Assembly: GCA_044892525.1 (NCBI GenBank)
Contig: CM097888.1
Location: 71,424,001 to 71,488,000 of the forward strand
DNA: 64,000 nucleotides
Reading direction: 5' to 3'
DNA from: Schmidtea polychroa
Lineage: Eukaryota
Below, piece after piece: positions 36,601-47,799 of this stretch. Both the position numbers and the translations under genes were made by a program. A model generated the notes under the pieces. That model saw only the letters and a list, made by a program, of their open reading frames with translations. It searched no databases and was not told where the DNA came from. How positions within the stretch are numbered: the stretch's first letter is position 1; every line of letters starts with the position of its first letter.

Positions 36601-39600
36601 AATCACGCAGCTAGATTGGGCCGAAATGTGAAGGCTTCTTCACGGGTCCAATTGCTGAAGATGCGTCTAAATTATAGAAACCGAGTATTCTAGAAAAATG
36701 ATAGCCAGACAGTGATCGACAGGACAGATGTATAACTGAATGAAAGTATTTTTGAGGATTTGCGCAGTGATTGAGGGCGTCACATTACAACTTCATTTAG
36801 TCGTTTTCATGAGCTTTACAACATCTAGGTCAGCCGAAAGAAATCCATGCAACTATTCAGTAAATTCGTAAAAATTTAGTGTCGCCTCATAGTGTACATC
36901 ATCTGAAAAACATAGTTCTACCAAATTAAGCATTGCAACTTCTATTTTCCGAACTCCGTAACAATAGTTTAGAATAAAATTTTGTCGTCGTACACTCAAT
37001 TTCTATAAGTCTGTCCAGAATGTATATTATATTAAAACTCCAAAATATTATTAAATTCCAGAAAATTAACTAATTTAAAAAGAATTATAAAAATATAAAA
37101 TACCACAAAAATCCATCTGATGACATTTATTTTTCACAAAGAAAGCCAGCTCATCACCATGTCTACCCAAATTTCCGAATATATAATGTCTGGGGAAAAA
37201 ATTGTGAAAGGATAAGAGTAAATTTCATGGAGACATTATTCCATCTGAATAAGAAAATCTGAGTTTAGGGTAGCGTAGAGAGTAAATTTCCAATAAATTT
37301 CCAAACGATGGTGATGGTTCACACGAGTTGATGATGATAAAAATTCCACGATGAGACCTGACAGTAGCATGGATTATAATTCCGGTGAACCACTTTTCAG
37401 TAAAAACCATGCGACATCAGGAACGACAAAATCTCTGTGGAAATGGCACATACCAAGCAAATGAGATAAGATAGCAGTAACAGCACACGAGAGTCCGTAT
37501 GACGGACACACAGAATACTGGATAGGCATGCATAGTGACCACGAGTAATAGTATCTACAGAAGGTAGATAATGCAATCAATTAGTCATCATCCGTAGTAG
37601 CGAATTTTAACCTATGTCGTGCCCGATGAAATTTTCCGTCTCTGCGAGATAATGTAAAGTAAGCGTGTTAGGATAACAGCTGACGTGAGATCATTACACA
37701 TATGTTGAAAATTTTCCAGACGTTCTCTCAGATAAAGAGTAGTTATTGCAGATAACAAGATTAACTGTCAAATCAGCAGAGTACATTTACCAGTAAATCG
37801 CGAACTAAAATAGGTTGAAGGATAGTGATGGTTTCACACTAGTTATTTTAACGAAATGTATGTATTTTCGATAAATTAAAATAAATATTCTACCAAAATT
37901 CTGATTGAGTATCATAATATCATTGTTACTAAAGCGTTAGTATATTACATTATCAGTGTCATAACTATAATATTATTAACCATTACAAACCCTCAAGTGT
38001 AACATTAGACTAGTAGAATATAACAGGGGGAAGATTTTTTGAGAAAGTGATCAGCGCCGATATAGTGTAACGAGTGAGTGAAAGGGAATTCAGTGGAAAT
38101 CACATACCCTTATTTAAAGAATTTCGGGAACAAGAATCAATTGCATTCGTCAAGTCAATGACCTCTAATTAAACAAAATTTTTCTGTAAATAAGAACTGT
38201 AGTAGAACCGGACCGTAAAATGGGTTTTTCTTCTTTTCATCTGTCAAGTAGCCCGTTGGTCGTATTTAATTTGTTTTTAAACTTGCATATTCTACATTTC
38301 AATCTTACCGTTACAGTGATCATGATGCCAACTGCCAAGCCCGTGTTACGTCCTTGCTTCTCATGCTCGGATAAAAACGCCATTATCAAGGACCTGCAGA
38401 CCCAGGGACTTGGTTTAGCCCCGCTCAGATGAGAGAGACCCAGAAAAAGCTCTATCGCAGCGAACATTGTCGGGACGCTTTGATCTCCGAAAGCCGTTCC
38501 CAAAGAAGCCTGATAAAGGAGCAGTCCGAAGCACTGCATAAAGTTTATTTGCAGGCAGCGACCACTAGGAAAATAGTGAAAATCCCAATCAGTGACGCCG
38601 ATAACCTCTTTCCGGCACACCATGATACTTCCTCAGCATCGTCGCCTCCTGCTAAGAAGTCGTGTAGCGGGTGTGTAGAGACACAGCTCTCGCCAAAACA
38701 ACCCGACATCATCTTCGTGGGAACAAGTCAAGCGCCTCCTGTGATAGCTTCTGTATCCACTGCACCGCAATCTAGCGCATCGACATCAAAGCCAAAGCGT
38801 CGGCAGTTATCCCGAGCCGAACGCAAAAGGAAACAGCGTGAGCGAATGACCGCCAAGCAGAACGTACAACCAACGGAGCTCATAAATGAAGCCAGTGTTC
38901 CTTCGGCAACAACGGATCCAACGTCAGGGGTCTCCGGGCGGATTATTTCTGCTGCGGGAGTGACTTGGGAGGAGAATGCCTCCGAGTTTTTCGATTAAGA
39001 GGAGCTGTTAGCAGCTACAGAGTGGGAGAAATGAGAAGGCTCCCGTAGGATAGTCCTGTTGTATGGCAAACAGTTGAACTAAAAAAAAATCATCGAGTTT
39101 TTCTTAATTATCTTTCTCGTCTTGATGTTTTCTGTTGTATGTAACCCATAAATGTTGTATATGTTCAATACAAATAATAATATATAATCTTGAGTTTCTT
39201 CATTGTTTTATGTGTGATAGGTTTGGTATGACAATAATGATAAGGGTGGAAAGTTCTCGAGATTCTAGAAATATTAGTCAGCCGCATTTCAACCAAAGGT
39301 AGAAAGGTGAAGTCAGAGTTTGATTTAGACGTAAGTCCTTCTATCGGCAGTCGAGAGTGGGAAGTCGAGGCCTCAGTAAGGAGTAGTCCTAAGTAGGGGC
39401 TCACCTGCTTACTGGTGTCTCGCCAGCATGGTGCAGCACCAACGTGAAGCAATTCACGGGTACCATGTTGGATGGCAGGTTATGTGGGGTTCTGCTCAGG
39501 GTTGACAAAGCAACGGCAAGTATAATCGTAATGGACACTCATCTCCTAGACTGAAGTGGGATTATTGGTAGTCAACCGAGTAACACCCCAGCAGATGCAA

Positions 39601-41040
39601 TAAAGAAACTCTAATGCATAGTGTTGCATAAGTGTAACAAAACGCCGAGCCATTGTGTCTTCATATTATTCTCATAGATATACACTTGATATTGACATTT
39701 AAAAATCATTTTTGAATTTGGAAAAATCATGCATTTAAGTGTTAATAAATTTTTATTGTTATTGTCGACATTTTAAAATTTTTCAGTGAATATTTGCATC
39801 TTTACAGTTTGTGATAATTTTTAACCGTTTAAATTGCTTATGCGGTTGCGGACGGTAGGCTAGCACTGCTGGCCATGAATTTTGTTCCAGACGTTCAACA
39901 ATGTGCTGGCCAAACTTCAAGATAATCATACCACAATATCATGCATTCGTATACTAAAATATTTTATGCTAAAAAATAATATATATTAAAATTAATTTCG
40001 TTCGCAAACGGTTAATAATTTTTCAATTCAGACAATGCAATGAAAATAATACAGTTGAAGAAATCGTTAACTCTCACTAAAACAAATACTTAAATTGTCA
40101 TTCGAAGTACATATGTCATGAAATTTACAAAGGATTTCCCATTTGAAATTTCTAAATTTCCATAAGTCGCAATATGACTTGTTATGACTTCATTGATGTT
40201 ACAGATTTTCTTATTTTGAAAGCATCAAGTCTGTTCAGCAATTTTAAAGAAATGTAAATGAATATGAAATAAATTGACAAAAGAAACCAAAAGTTGGCAA
40301 GTAGTAAGCTAGTACATATATCTAAAAATTTATAGTACATATATATAAAGGGTATCCATAAAGTTCCTGTGTAATTAAAATACATGTAACTATGTAATAA
40401 CGTTATAGAAAGGATCTGTAAAAACCCAAAAAAAGAAAACACTTAACATTTTCATAAATGTCAGCAATCACATCAGTTATCCTATTTTGCAAATCAAAAC
40501 TAAATACTTCAAGCTTTCTAAACCTTTTTACAGATTCTTTCTATCTAATATGGTTACTTTTTCATTGATAAAAAAAATATAAAGATTCATTCACAAATCA
40601 GTCTCCCACTTAACTGAAATAAATTCAATCAATTAATTAAGTTTATAAATTATTTACTCTTTATAATAATATACTAAGTACAATTAATAGAAAAATCAAA
40701 TATCACCTCCAATGGAAAAATATTTCCCCAAATTTGAAATGACTTCAGTGGCGAAGAGGGACATCTGAATGTTTTCTTGAACTGAGAATTGCAATCGAAG
40801 GCCGCCAACACTGAGAACAGTTGAGCACTGTTTATAATAAAGATCTTTCTCAACAACTAAAATCTTTAATTTTGGATTCTCTTTTTTCAACCAATATGCT
40901 GACGAATACCCAATGATTCCTCCGCCAATTATAGCGATGTCGGATTCTACATCGACTGTTGTCGACATGGAGCACAATAGTTTAGAATTGACATATTTGT
41001 TCAAATTTTGAGATAAAATCTTAAAACTTCTTGTTAGCAT
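27634..41040 (-). CDS. FOXRED1: FAD-dependent oxidoreductase / complex I assembly factor, 436 aa; exons 41040-40707, 30744-30645, 30597-30503, 30461-30322, 30279-30134, 30094-29959, 27993-27634
   Basis: Exons total 1311 nt in frame. Motifs IIGGGIIG, STVLSVGGLRLQFS, EGWFDPW, VINASGCW, KRYVY, SAWAGYYDYNT.DQN and GSSGHGIQ. Intron 1 is 9962 bp. Confidence 0.93.
28590..28880 (+). mobile_element. Mariner transposase remnant in FOXRED1 intron 6
   Basis: FDDNFLKVLIDQN and FLDKIVTVDKK*IT resemble the mariner FL.RIVTGDEKW motif; many stops. Confidence 0.5.
30950..31055. repeat. Dispersed hairpin-MITE family, copy 1
   Basis: Shares GACTATGAATCAGTAA / TTCACGAATTTTCGGCAC with 50278-50395 and 53861-53982. 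Confidence 0.6.
31252..32010 (+). mobile_element. Tip100-like hAT non-autonomous fragment
   Basis: CAGGGCCGGCC left end with GGGCCC subterminal boxes; right TIR not found. Confidence 0.4.
31604..31798. mobile_element. Buster-type hAT MITE (195 bp)
   Basis: CAGTGTTTCTCAAACT / AGTTTGAGAACCACTG; perfect TSD CTCTAAGC. Confidence 0.92.
32342..34101 (-). mobile_element. Miniature internally deleted gypsy LTR retrotransposon (1760 bp) in FOXRED1 intron 1
   Basis: LTRs 33971-34101 and 32342-32463 (TGTAGCC...GACAACA) with 5-bp TSD ATTAT. PPT GGAGGAGGG, gag fragments, protease FVDSGADVSVIP, RT start KKDGSIRPCGDYRLLN and integrase zinc finger HPG..T....YVWP.M. Confidence 0.92.
33956..33969 (-). promoter_or_regulatory. 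Primer-binding site complementary to the tRNA-Leu 3' end
   Basis: TGGTGTCAGAAGTG 1 nt after the 5' LTR; complementary to CACUUCUGACACCA (tRNA-Leu end as recalled). Confidence 0.8.
36534..36666 (+). ncRNA. Second structured domain (E) in unit B
   Basis: 18-bp helix 36534-36551/36586-36603 enclosing a CC-TTCG-GG hairpin, then ATTGGGCC/GGTCCAAT around GTGAAG-GCTT-CTTCAC. Confidence 0.45.
38322..39034 (+). pseudogene. Disrupted paralog of the 249-aa LTR-borne ORF
   Basis: KPVLRPCFSCSDKN, RSEHCRDALISESR, KPKRRQLSRAERK and GRIISAAGVTWEENASEFFD are conserved. A 37-nt deletion causes a frameshift near 38405, and there is a premature TAA at 38996-38998. Predicted 5'UTR intron 38215-38316. Confidence 0.88.
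39328..39593 (+). ncRNA. Conserved structured RNA motif, copy B
   Basis: Same layout as copy A, with CATGGTGC(39427-34)/GTACCATG(39460-67) replacing CATAGCAC/GTGCTATG. Confidence 0.55.
39825..40011. mobile_element. piggyBac-like MITE (187 bp)
   Basis: TTAA-CCGTTT...AAACGG-TTAA; internal homology to 55562-55693. Confidence 0.72.
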
Positions 41041-41558
41041 TTCTCTGAAACTGTACTGAAAATTTATGCAAATTACTAGATAATAAAATTAACCGCTATT
41101 TATATTGAAGTATTAACTGACAAAAATGTTAACAATGTGTCATGACCTTGAAATATAAAACCGATACATTTTAACACATAAAATAGAATTTTTACCATTA
41201 CTAATTATATTAATTTTTATATAATTTTGACAATATTTTTTAAAGATTAATATATCTATTTTATAAACTTTCTGCTATTGTTTAATTTTAAATATACTTA
41301 AAATTTGAGGTTATTGCATCTAAATGGTTCGTTTTAGAAATATAGAAAAATTTTTACCATTTATAAATTTTCGTTTAATATTTATTTTTATCTTGATATT
41401 AAACAATAAATAAAATTTAACATGAATTTTTAACACGTATTATGAAATCCTAGTGGTACTGTTGGCATTTAAAGGGTGTGTCGTTTAAATGTTCTAGGGT
41501 TATTTATGAATTTTGAATCGACTCTTTCCTAAACGCTTTCATAACTATTTTACTTTAT

Positions 41559-41704
41559 ACCATTTGCATACTCATGGCAACAACCATGTTGATGATTGTA
41601 CATAATGGCTGATGACCAATGACCAGGTGAGCTTTACTACTAGAACTACTCCTCATTGAATTTTAATTTTCAGGTTCTGTACTACCGATAGAAGGACTTA
41701 CGTC
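41559..41704 (-). ncRNA. Conserved structured RNA motif, copy D
   Basis: GACGTAAGTCCTTCTATCGGTAGT, CAATGA/TCATTG helix, GCTCACCTG, and a CATGG-TTGTTG-CCATG hairpin in a bulged helix. Confidence 0.5.
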
Positions 41705-42193
41705 ACTGTCCATTATTTATCCCTTTCTTAGATTATTGTCCTTCTTTATTTATTTAATTATAGTCCTCATTACTGGATGTTATTCAATCTTACCTTCAAA
41801 AATTTTGCGCAGCAATCCGCCCTTATTTTCCAGTTCATAAATGTTGTTCTATATTTTCTGTGCTGTTTTGTGAAATCTTTCTGCCACATTCTCCGCTTGC
41901 TTTTATAACCCTCTGCAACTACTGAGATTCATTCAATTATACAAAATCTCTAGATTCTATTTCCATTCTAGTCTTTCACATGTTTACATTTGATTTTTTT
42001 TATATTACGATTCGAAAATAAAACTCACGCCTATCACTAATTTGATAGAAATAGCTCTATCTAATTCTACTTCGCTAAATCGACAGAAATTGTGTCAGCA
42101 ATTGACCCAGTAGGCCATGATAAGCACTGCCCCGAATCAAGCTTACGGATGATTGAAGTATCACCTGATCCATTGGGTAAGAGGAAATGTAAC

Positions 42194-45100
42194 CAGTGGC
42201 GTATCTAGGGTTCACGGCGCCCGGGATAAAACTTAATTTTTTCTTTTCCTTATTATTGGTATATTATTTTTGCACTAAAGTGACATTTCTTTTTTAAGAA
42301 AAAAAAATTATTATTTAAAAAAAATCAAAAATTTTCACTCTTTAAAATTGATTTGCAGCAGTTTTAAAAAAAATTAATTTAATTTTGCAACAAGTTAGTT
42401 TTAAACTTTATTTATTGTAATAATTTACAAACAAATTTTTCGTGCTTTAACACTTGCGAACTTGTCAATGACATCATCAAAGTTAATTTTGTTCACAGTG
42501 TTTTTCTCAATACTTAATAATGCCAAATTATTTAAACGTTCTTCACTCATTGTTGCTCGAAGATATGACAAAATTAATTTTAATTTGCTAAAGGAACGCT
42601 CGCATGTTGAAACAGAAATACCAATTGTCAAAAGAATTTGCAATGAAATTCTTAAATTTGGGAAAACATCTTCACCATAAGATATTAAAAATTTTAAAAG
42701 ATCTATGTGATTTTGGAATTTCATCTTTTCGAGCATTAAGAAGCATTTTACAGTCAGTAACTTCATTGCATAGTTCGTTTTCATCAATATCTGAATTGTA
42801 AAATTTTCCCAAATTTGAACATTTTTCTTTTAATTTAGCAGGATCATGGCAATTTAGAAAATTTTCAGTGTCAAGGAAATATCCAAAATTTTCATTCAAT
42901 GAATTAAGGCCAGTAAATCGAGTTTTTAATTCTTGAATTAATCTATCAACTGAGCATTTCAACACACAATCTAACTCTTGTTCAGCAGTCAAACCAGAAT
43001 CAGTCATTTTTTCACCTAATCTAATTTTTATACGTCGCACTCTTTTCTTTATTTCAACGCCCCATTCAAAACACTTTTTTTTACCTGCTTCAATTGATTG
43101 AATGCATAGATCTTCAAGAAATTGCTGCATATGTATGCTTAATCCTTGTAAATCATCGGAGGCATCTTTAAAATTAATTTTTGGATCTTGCATTCGTTTT
43201 TGTACACGATCAATTTTCTCGAGAACGTGATGCCAAAAATTTATCAAAACCAGAAAATTAAAATTCAATATATTTTGCAATAAATTGTATGATTCGCTTC
43301 TTGTGTCAGATGTTTGATTGAAATCATCAGAAAGATCTTCAATTAATTTCACAAGATTGTCGATTCCAATAAAAATTTCTTTTACAGCTTCTGCTCGTGC
43401 ACTCCATCGTGTGGTTGATTCACGTTTTACAGTCAAAGGAATGACATCGGTTAATTTTTGCCAACGATTGGTTGATCTTGAAAAAAATAAATAAATTTGT
43501 TCAATTACACCAAAAAATGTTAGCATTATGGGATTAGTTTGAACAGAATGTAATCCTGCAAGATTTAAACTATGATTATCGCAGTTAATAAACACTGCGC
43601 GAGGGTTCAATTTGGTAATTCTTTGTTGCAATCCAGAAACATGACCAGCCATAACTGCCGCATTATCATAACATTGCGATCGACAGTCCGAGAGTTGTAA
43701 TCCATCAGTTTGTAATAATTTGAGTATAGTATTTTTAAGAGCTTCGGCATCTTTTTCAGCTAGCTCAATAAATCCCAGAAATGATTCCTTAATTTCCACT
43801 GTTTTTTTTATCAAAATCTATTTCAACGTGACAAATAACTTCTGAAAATTGTTCACGATGTTGTAAATCTGGAGTAGAATCAAATATCATGCCAAAGTAT
43901 TTGCTTTTTTTAATATTTTCAATCAAAACATTTCGAACTATTAAAGCTAAAAGGTGAATAAACTCATTTTGTATGCCTGGTGATAAATAAGATGTTGTTC
44001 CTGGATGTAAACGAGAATGTTCCATGTGACTTGCCAAAAGTGGATCATATTGCGCAATCAATTGTAAGAGACCCAGAAAATTACCTGGATTGCCTTCTGT
44101 ATTCAACAAATTTTCATTATAACCACGTAATGCTAAATTATGAAATGCTAAGAATTTTATGCATGAAAGAAATCTTTTTAAAATTTCTCTCCATCGATCT
44201 TTTTCCAACAATATTTGAGCTTGAACTTCCATATCGAATCCAGCACCTTGAGACAATCTTCGTTCAGTTTCTTTCCATGTTGTAAAATTCTGACGGTGTA
44301 TAATATTATTTTCATGATCATTTACTCCTTCTGAATGCTTAAAATCTCTAAAACCAGCCGGTGAAAAAAATGCAGTTTTACAAAAATCATTATAAAATAA
44401 CAAACAACAAAAGCAGAAAAGTGTTTCTTTATGAGGCGAATAAATTAACCAAGATCGATTAACATATATACCAAGGGTGGGCACGCATGGGTTCAATAAG
44501 AGCCATTTTCCGAAAATTTATTTTTTACAGAGCCACCATAGTAAAGTACATATTTTTTTTTATTTCATTAATTTGATTAAAGAGACTTAAACGCTATTAA
44601 AAAAAACAAAATAATTATTTCAAACATTAAGTAACAAACATAAAAATCCATTAATAAAAAGTAATAAAATTTCTTGAATTAACGAAGACTTTTGGTCAAA
44701 TCTTTGAAATTTGGTGTATACTTTGTTAAAGCTGTTCGCAGCAATTCTGTAAGATGCTGATTGGTCAACTATGAACGATATTTCGACTTTACGAACTTCA
44801 TTGTGGAGTACAAAGATTCACAACAATATGTTGTACAAAAAATTGAAATTAGACGGCAAGCAGCTTGTTTTAAGTGTGGATATTTTGCCTCTGGTACGAG
44901 TTTCCAAAATTCAACTATAGAAGTAGATTTATGGTGCATTTGCAAAGCCTGGTCCTCTTTCATATCTAATAACTCCAATTCCCCAACCGCTTTTTTAACA
45001 AGTATTACTTCAGAAATTGGAAATCCATCTTCAATAATATCACAAATAAATGGGTTCACAAAAAATGCAAATGTAGATTTATAACTTTTCAAATCTTCAA

Positions 45101-47799
45101 ACCTACATTTGAAATCCGCTTGCAATTCTTCCAATTTTTCACTGTATTCGTTTACTTTTTCTTCTGTAATATCAATTATATTAGCTTTTATTCGTTGAAA
45201 ATGATTAAATATTTTCGACCTAAGATCGTTCACAAAAAGCCGAAGTTTAGCTTCAAAACTAAATAACGTTTGTGACAAATCAATAATTATCTTTTCTTTT
45301 CCTTGTAAAGCCAAATTTAATGTTTGCAAATGTTCCATAATGTCTGTAAGGAACATTAAGTCAGAAAGCCAAGTTTCATTTTCTAATTCTGGGTATGCTA
45401 TTCCGTTTTATATTATGATAGGATTTAGGAGTTCCACAAAACGGTTCAAAACATTGTAAGTTGACAGCCATCTAACAATACACCATAAGGAGACATCATT
45501 AGGCAAATCATCTGTTTCGTCATTTAATCTTAATTCTTCCAAAAAGTTTTTAAATTGACGATGTGTTTTGGCATTTGTTCTAATTAAATTCACAATCTTC
45601 AAAACAATCTTCCACACATTTTCGTATTTAAAGTACTTCGCTATGAGATGCTCGCGATGAATTATGCAGTGAAGAGATAAAAAGTGAGGAATATTAGGAT
45701 CTCTGTTTAAAAGACCAATGAGACCTTGATTTTTCCCCATCATTGCAGGCGCTCCGTCTGTCGCAACACTTACAAGTTTGTCACGAGCCAATTCGAACCT
45801 GTCCATAACTACATCAAGCGCAGTTTTGACATCGATACCGCGAGTTGTTTCGAGAAGAGCTACTAGGTCTAACATTTCTTCCTTCACTTTTACGTCAGAA
45901 GATACAAAGCGGACAAAAACGGCTAATTGTGGAACATCCTGAATGTCAGTAGACTCGTCGAGAGCTAAACTGAATGCTGTACAATTTTTTAAATCACACA
46001 TCAAATTATTTTCAACATTTTCGCTAATTTGGCCAATTCGACGCTCAGTTGTACGACGTGAAATAGGAATACGTGAGATCAATTTATGTAGTTTTGAGTT
46101 GTCCGGATCCAAAACTTTAATCACTTCTTCCAAGTTTCTCTTAATAAATTCACCTTCTCCATATGGACGTTTAGCACGAGCTATATTCCAAGCTATCAAA
46201 AAACTAGCTTCGTAGGCACTGTCATCTTCTCGACTAAAAGTAGATAATAGTCCTTGTTATGCTTGAAGCCCTGATTGCAATGACTTATGTTTTTCTGTCC
46301 GCAAGTTTGAATTGAGTGGATATTGAATTGATAAGTGTGGATGACTTACTTCATAGTGTCGACGTAAATTGGTTACTTTGTAGTTGGAAATTGTACCTTT
46401 ACAAATAAGAAAAAAACTTTTCTGTCCATTCTTCTTGAAAAGTTCTATTTTCTTGTCTGTATTTTCGTTTTTTGATGTTTTCTGATGTCATTATAATAAT
46501 AAATTTAAATAACTATATCGCTGAAATTTAAACAAAATAATAAAAAGACATTAATTTAATTTTAATTAGTTTAAAATTTTAAAATGCTTCATAAAAAAAT
46601 CTTCTTACCAAATTTTTCAAAAAACACGAATAGAAAACTATACTAAAATATACAAACGACCGCAATCTTGTACAAACAAAATAATAACCAATCAAAATTC
46701 ACTAAATTTATTTTTGATGCTTCTCTCTCGTTGTTATAACAAAGCCCCGCCTACTACAAAATAATTTTAAAAAGCAGTAAAATGTGAAAAACAATGTTTC
46801 GTTAATTTTTGACATTTATGAAAATACAATTGCAACAAAAAATTTTTTCTCAAAACATTTAGTGAAAAATTTCAAAATAAAAAATCGAATTCGATTATCA
46901 AGAATTCAATTATCAATGAGCCGCAGTTTACTCAACGAAGAGCCGCATTTGCCCACCGTTGATATATACCGTTTGCCAACTTCTTCTTAAACCATGATGA
47001 TGTAATTGAACGTCCATTATGCACTGCAAAGCTTCCTTTATTATTTTGAAATAAACTCGGGCCACGTAAAATGACTTCAGTTCTTAGTTTTTGTGAAACT
47101 ATTGGACTGAATTAATGAAAACTTTCTTGAAATTCCAAATATACAAAATCATTGAACAAAAGCAGATTCGGAATATTTTCTGAAATTGTTGAAAGACATG
47201 ATCTATTGTTGGATTCAGTCATTTCATAATCAAAATCCGACTCTTCATTGTTTTGTGAGGCATCAAAATCAAAAAATTCATAATCTGACTGCGGCATATG
47301 TTTGTCTTCTTTAATATCCTCTATCTGGTCATTTTCTTCAACTTTTTCCTTTTTTAAATAATTTTGCAACATTTGACTTGACTTTTTAGCTTCATTTCGG
47401 AATATTCTGGCCTTTTTACGATTTTGTGCGCCACTTAATTTCGGTTTCGGCATCTTTGATATTCTAAAGTTTGAAAGTTTTTTCAAATAATTTTGAGCTT
47501 AACAAATAATTCTATAAATCTTACGATTGAGTTCTGGATATAACTCAAATTTCATGTATTTTGGAAAGGCTTTGAAATATATAAACAAAGTTCACCATAA
47601 AATTTAAATTAAATTTAAATTTTATGGTGAACTTTGTTTATATATTTCAAATAATCAAAATTCGTTATTTTAATGTTGGTTAAATTTCAAAATCGAAAAT
47701 CTTTAAATAAAGTTTAGGTTTCAAAAATCAATTTGGCGCCCCTAAAATCGTGGCGCCCGGGGCAAATGCCCCGCTTGCCCGGCCCTAGATACGCTACTG
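42194..47799 (-). mobile_element. hAT element, Tip100/ZMYM1-like, near full length but frameshifted and interrupted
   Basis: 17-bp TIR CAGT(G/A)GCGTATCTAGGG and perfect TSD AATGTAAC. Transposase pieces at 47112-47486, ~46970-47100, 43789-44471, 42672-43814 and 42425-42787: FCFCC, DSTPD, YDNAAVMAG, CDNHSLNL, TRWSAR, CERSFSKLK. Confidence 0.93.
44472..46961 (-). mobile_element. Buster/SPIN (GTF2IRD2-like) hAT element (2490 bp) nested in the Tip100-like element
   Basis: TIR CAA(G/C)GGTGGGCA and perfect TSD ATATATAC. ORFs 45408-46199 (FSLALDESTD, TDGAPAM, HCIIHRE, VRWLS) and 44769-45356 (TTYCCESLYS). Confidence 0.92.

Larger units (their letters stand above)
35676..39593 (+). mobile_element. Long LTR-like unit, copy B (3918 bp; solo LTR or composite) in FOXRED1 intron 1
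   Basis: Starts TGTTGGGCT, ends CCCAGCA, flanked by 4-bp TSD GATG. A-rich block, ATTGG at 36016 and TATATAA at 36042; 3' 1.4 kb homologous to copy A. Confidence 0.75.

Noticed and set aside
37924-39585. Alternative LTR ends TGTTACT...AGTAACA for unit B
   Set aside because: Flanks TCAT/CCCC do not form a TSD, whereas 35676-39593 has GATG on both sides.
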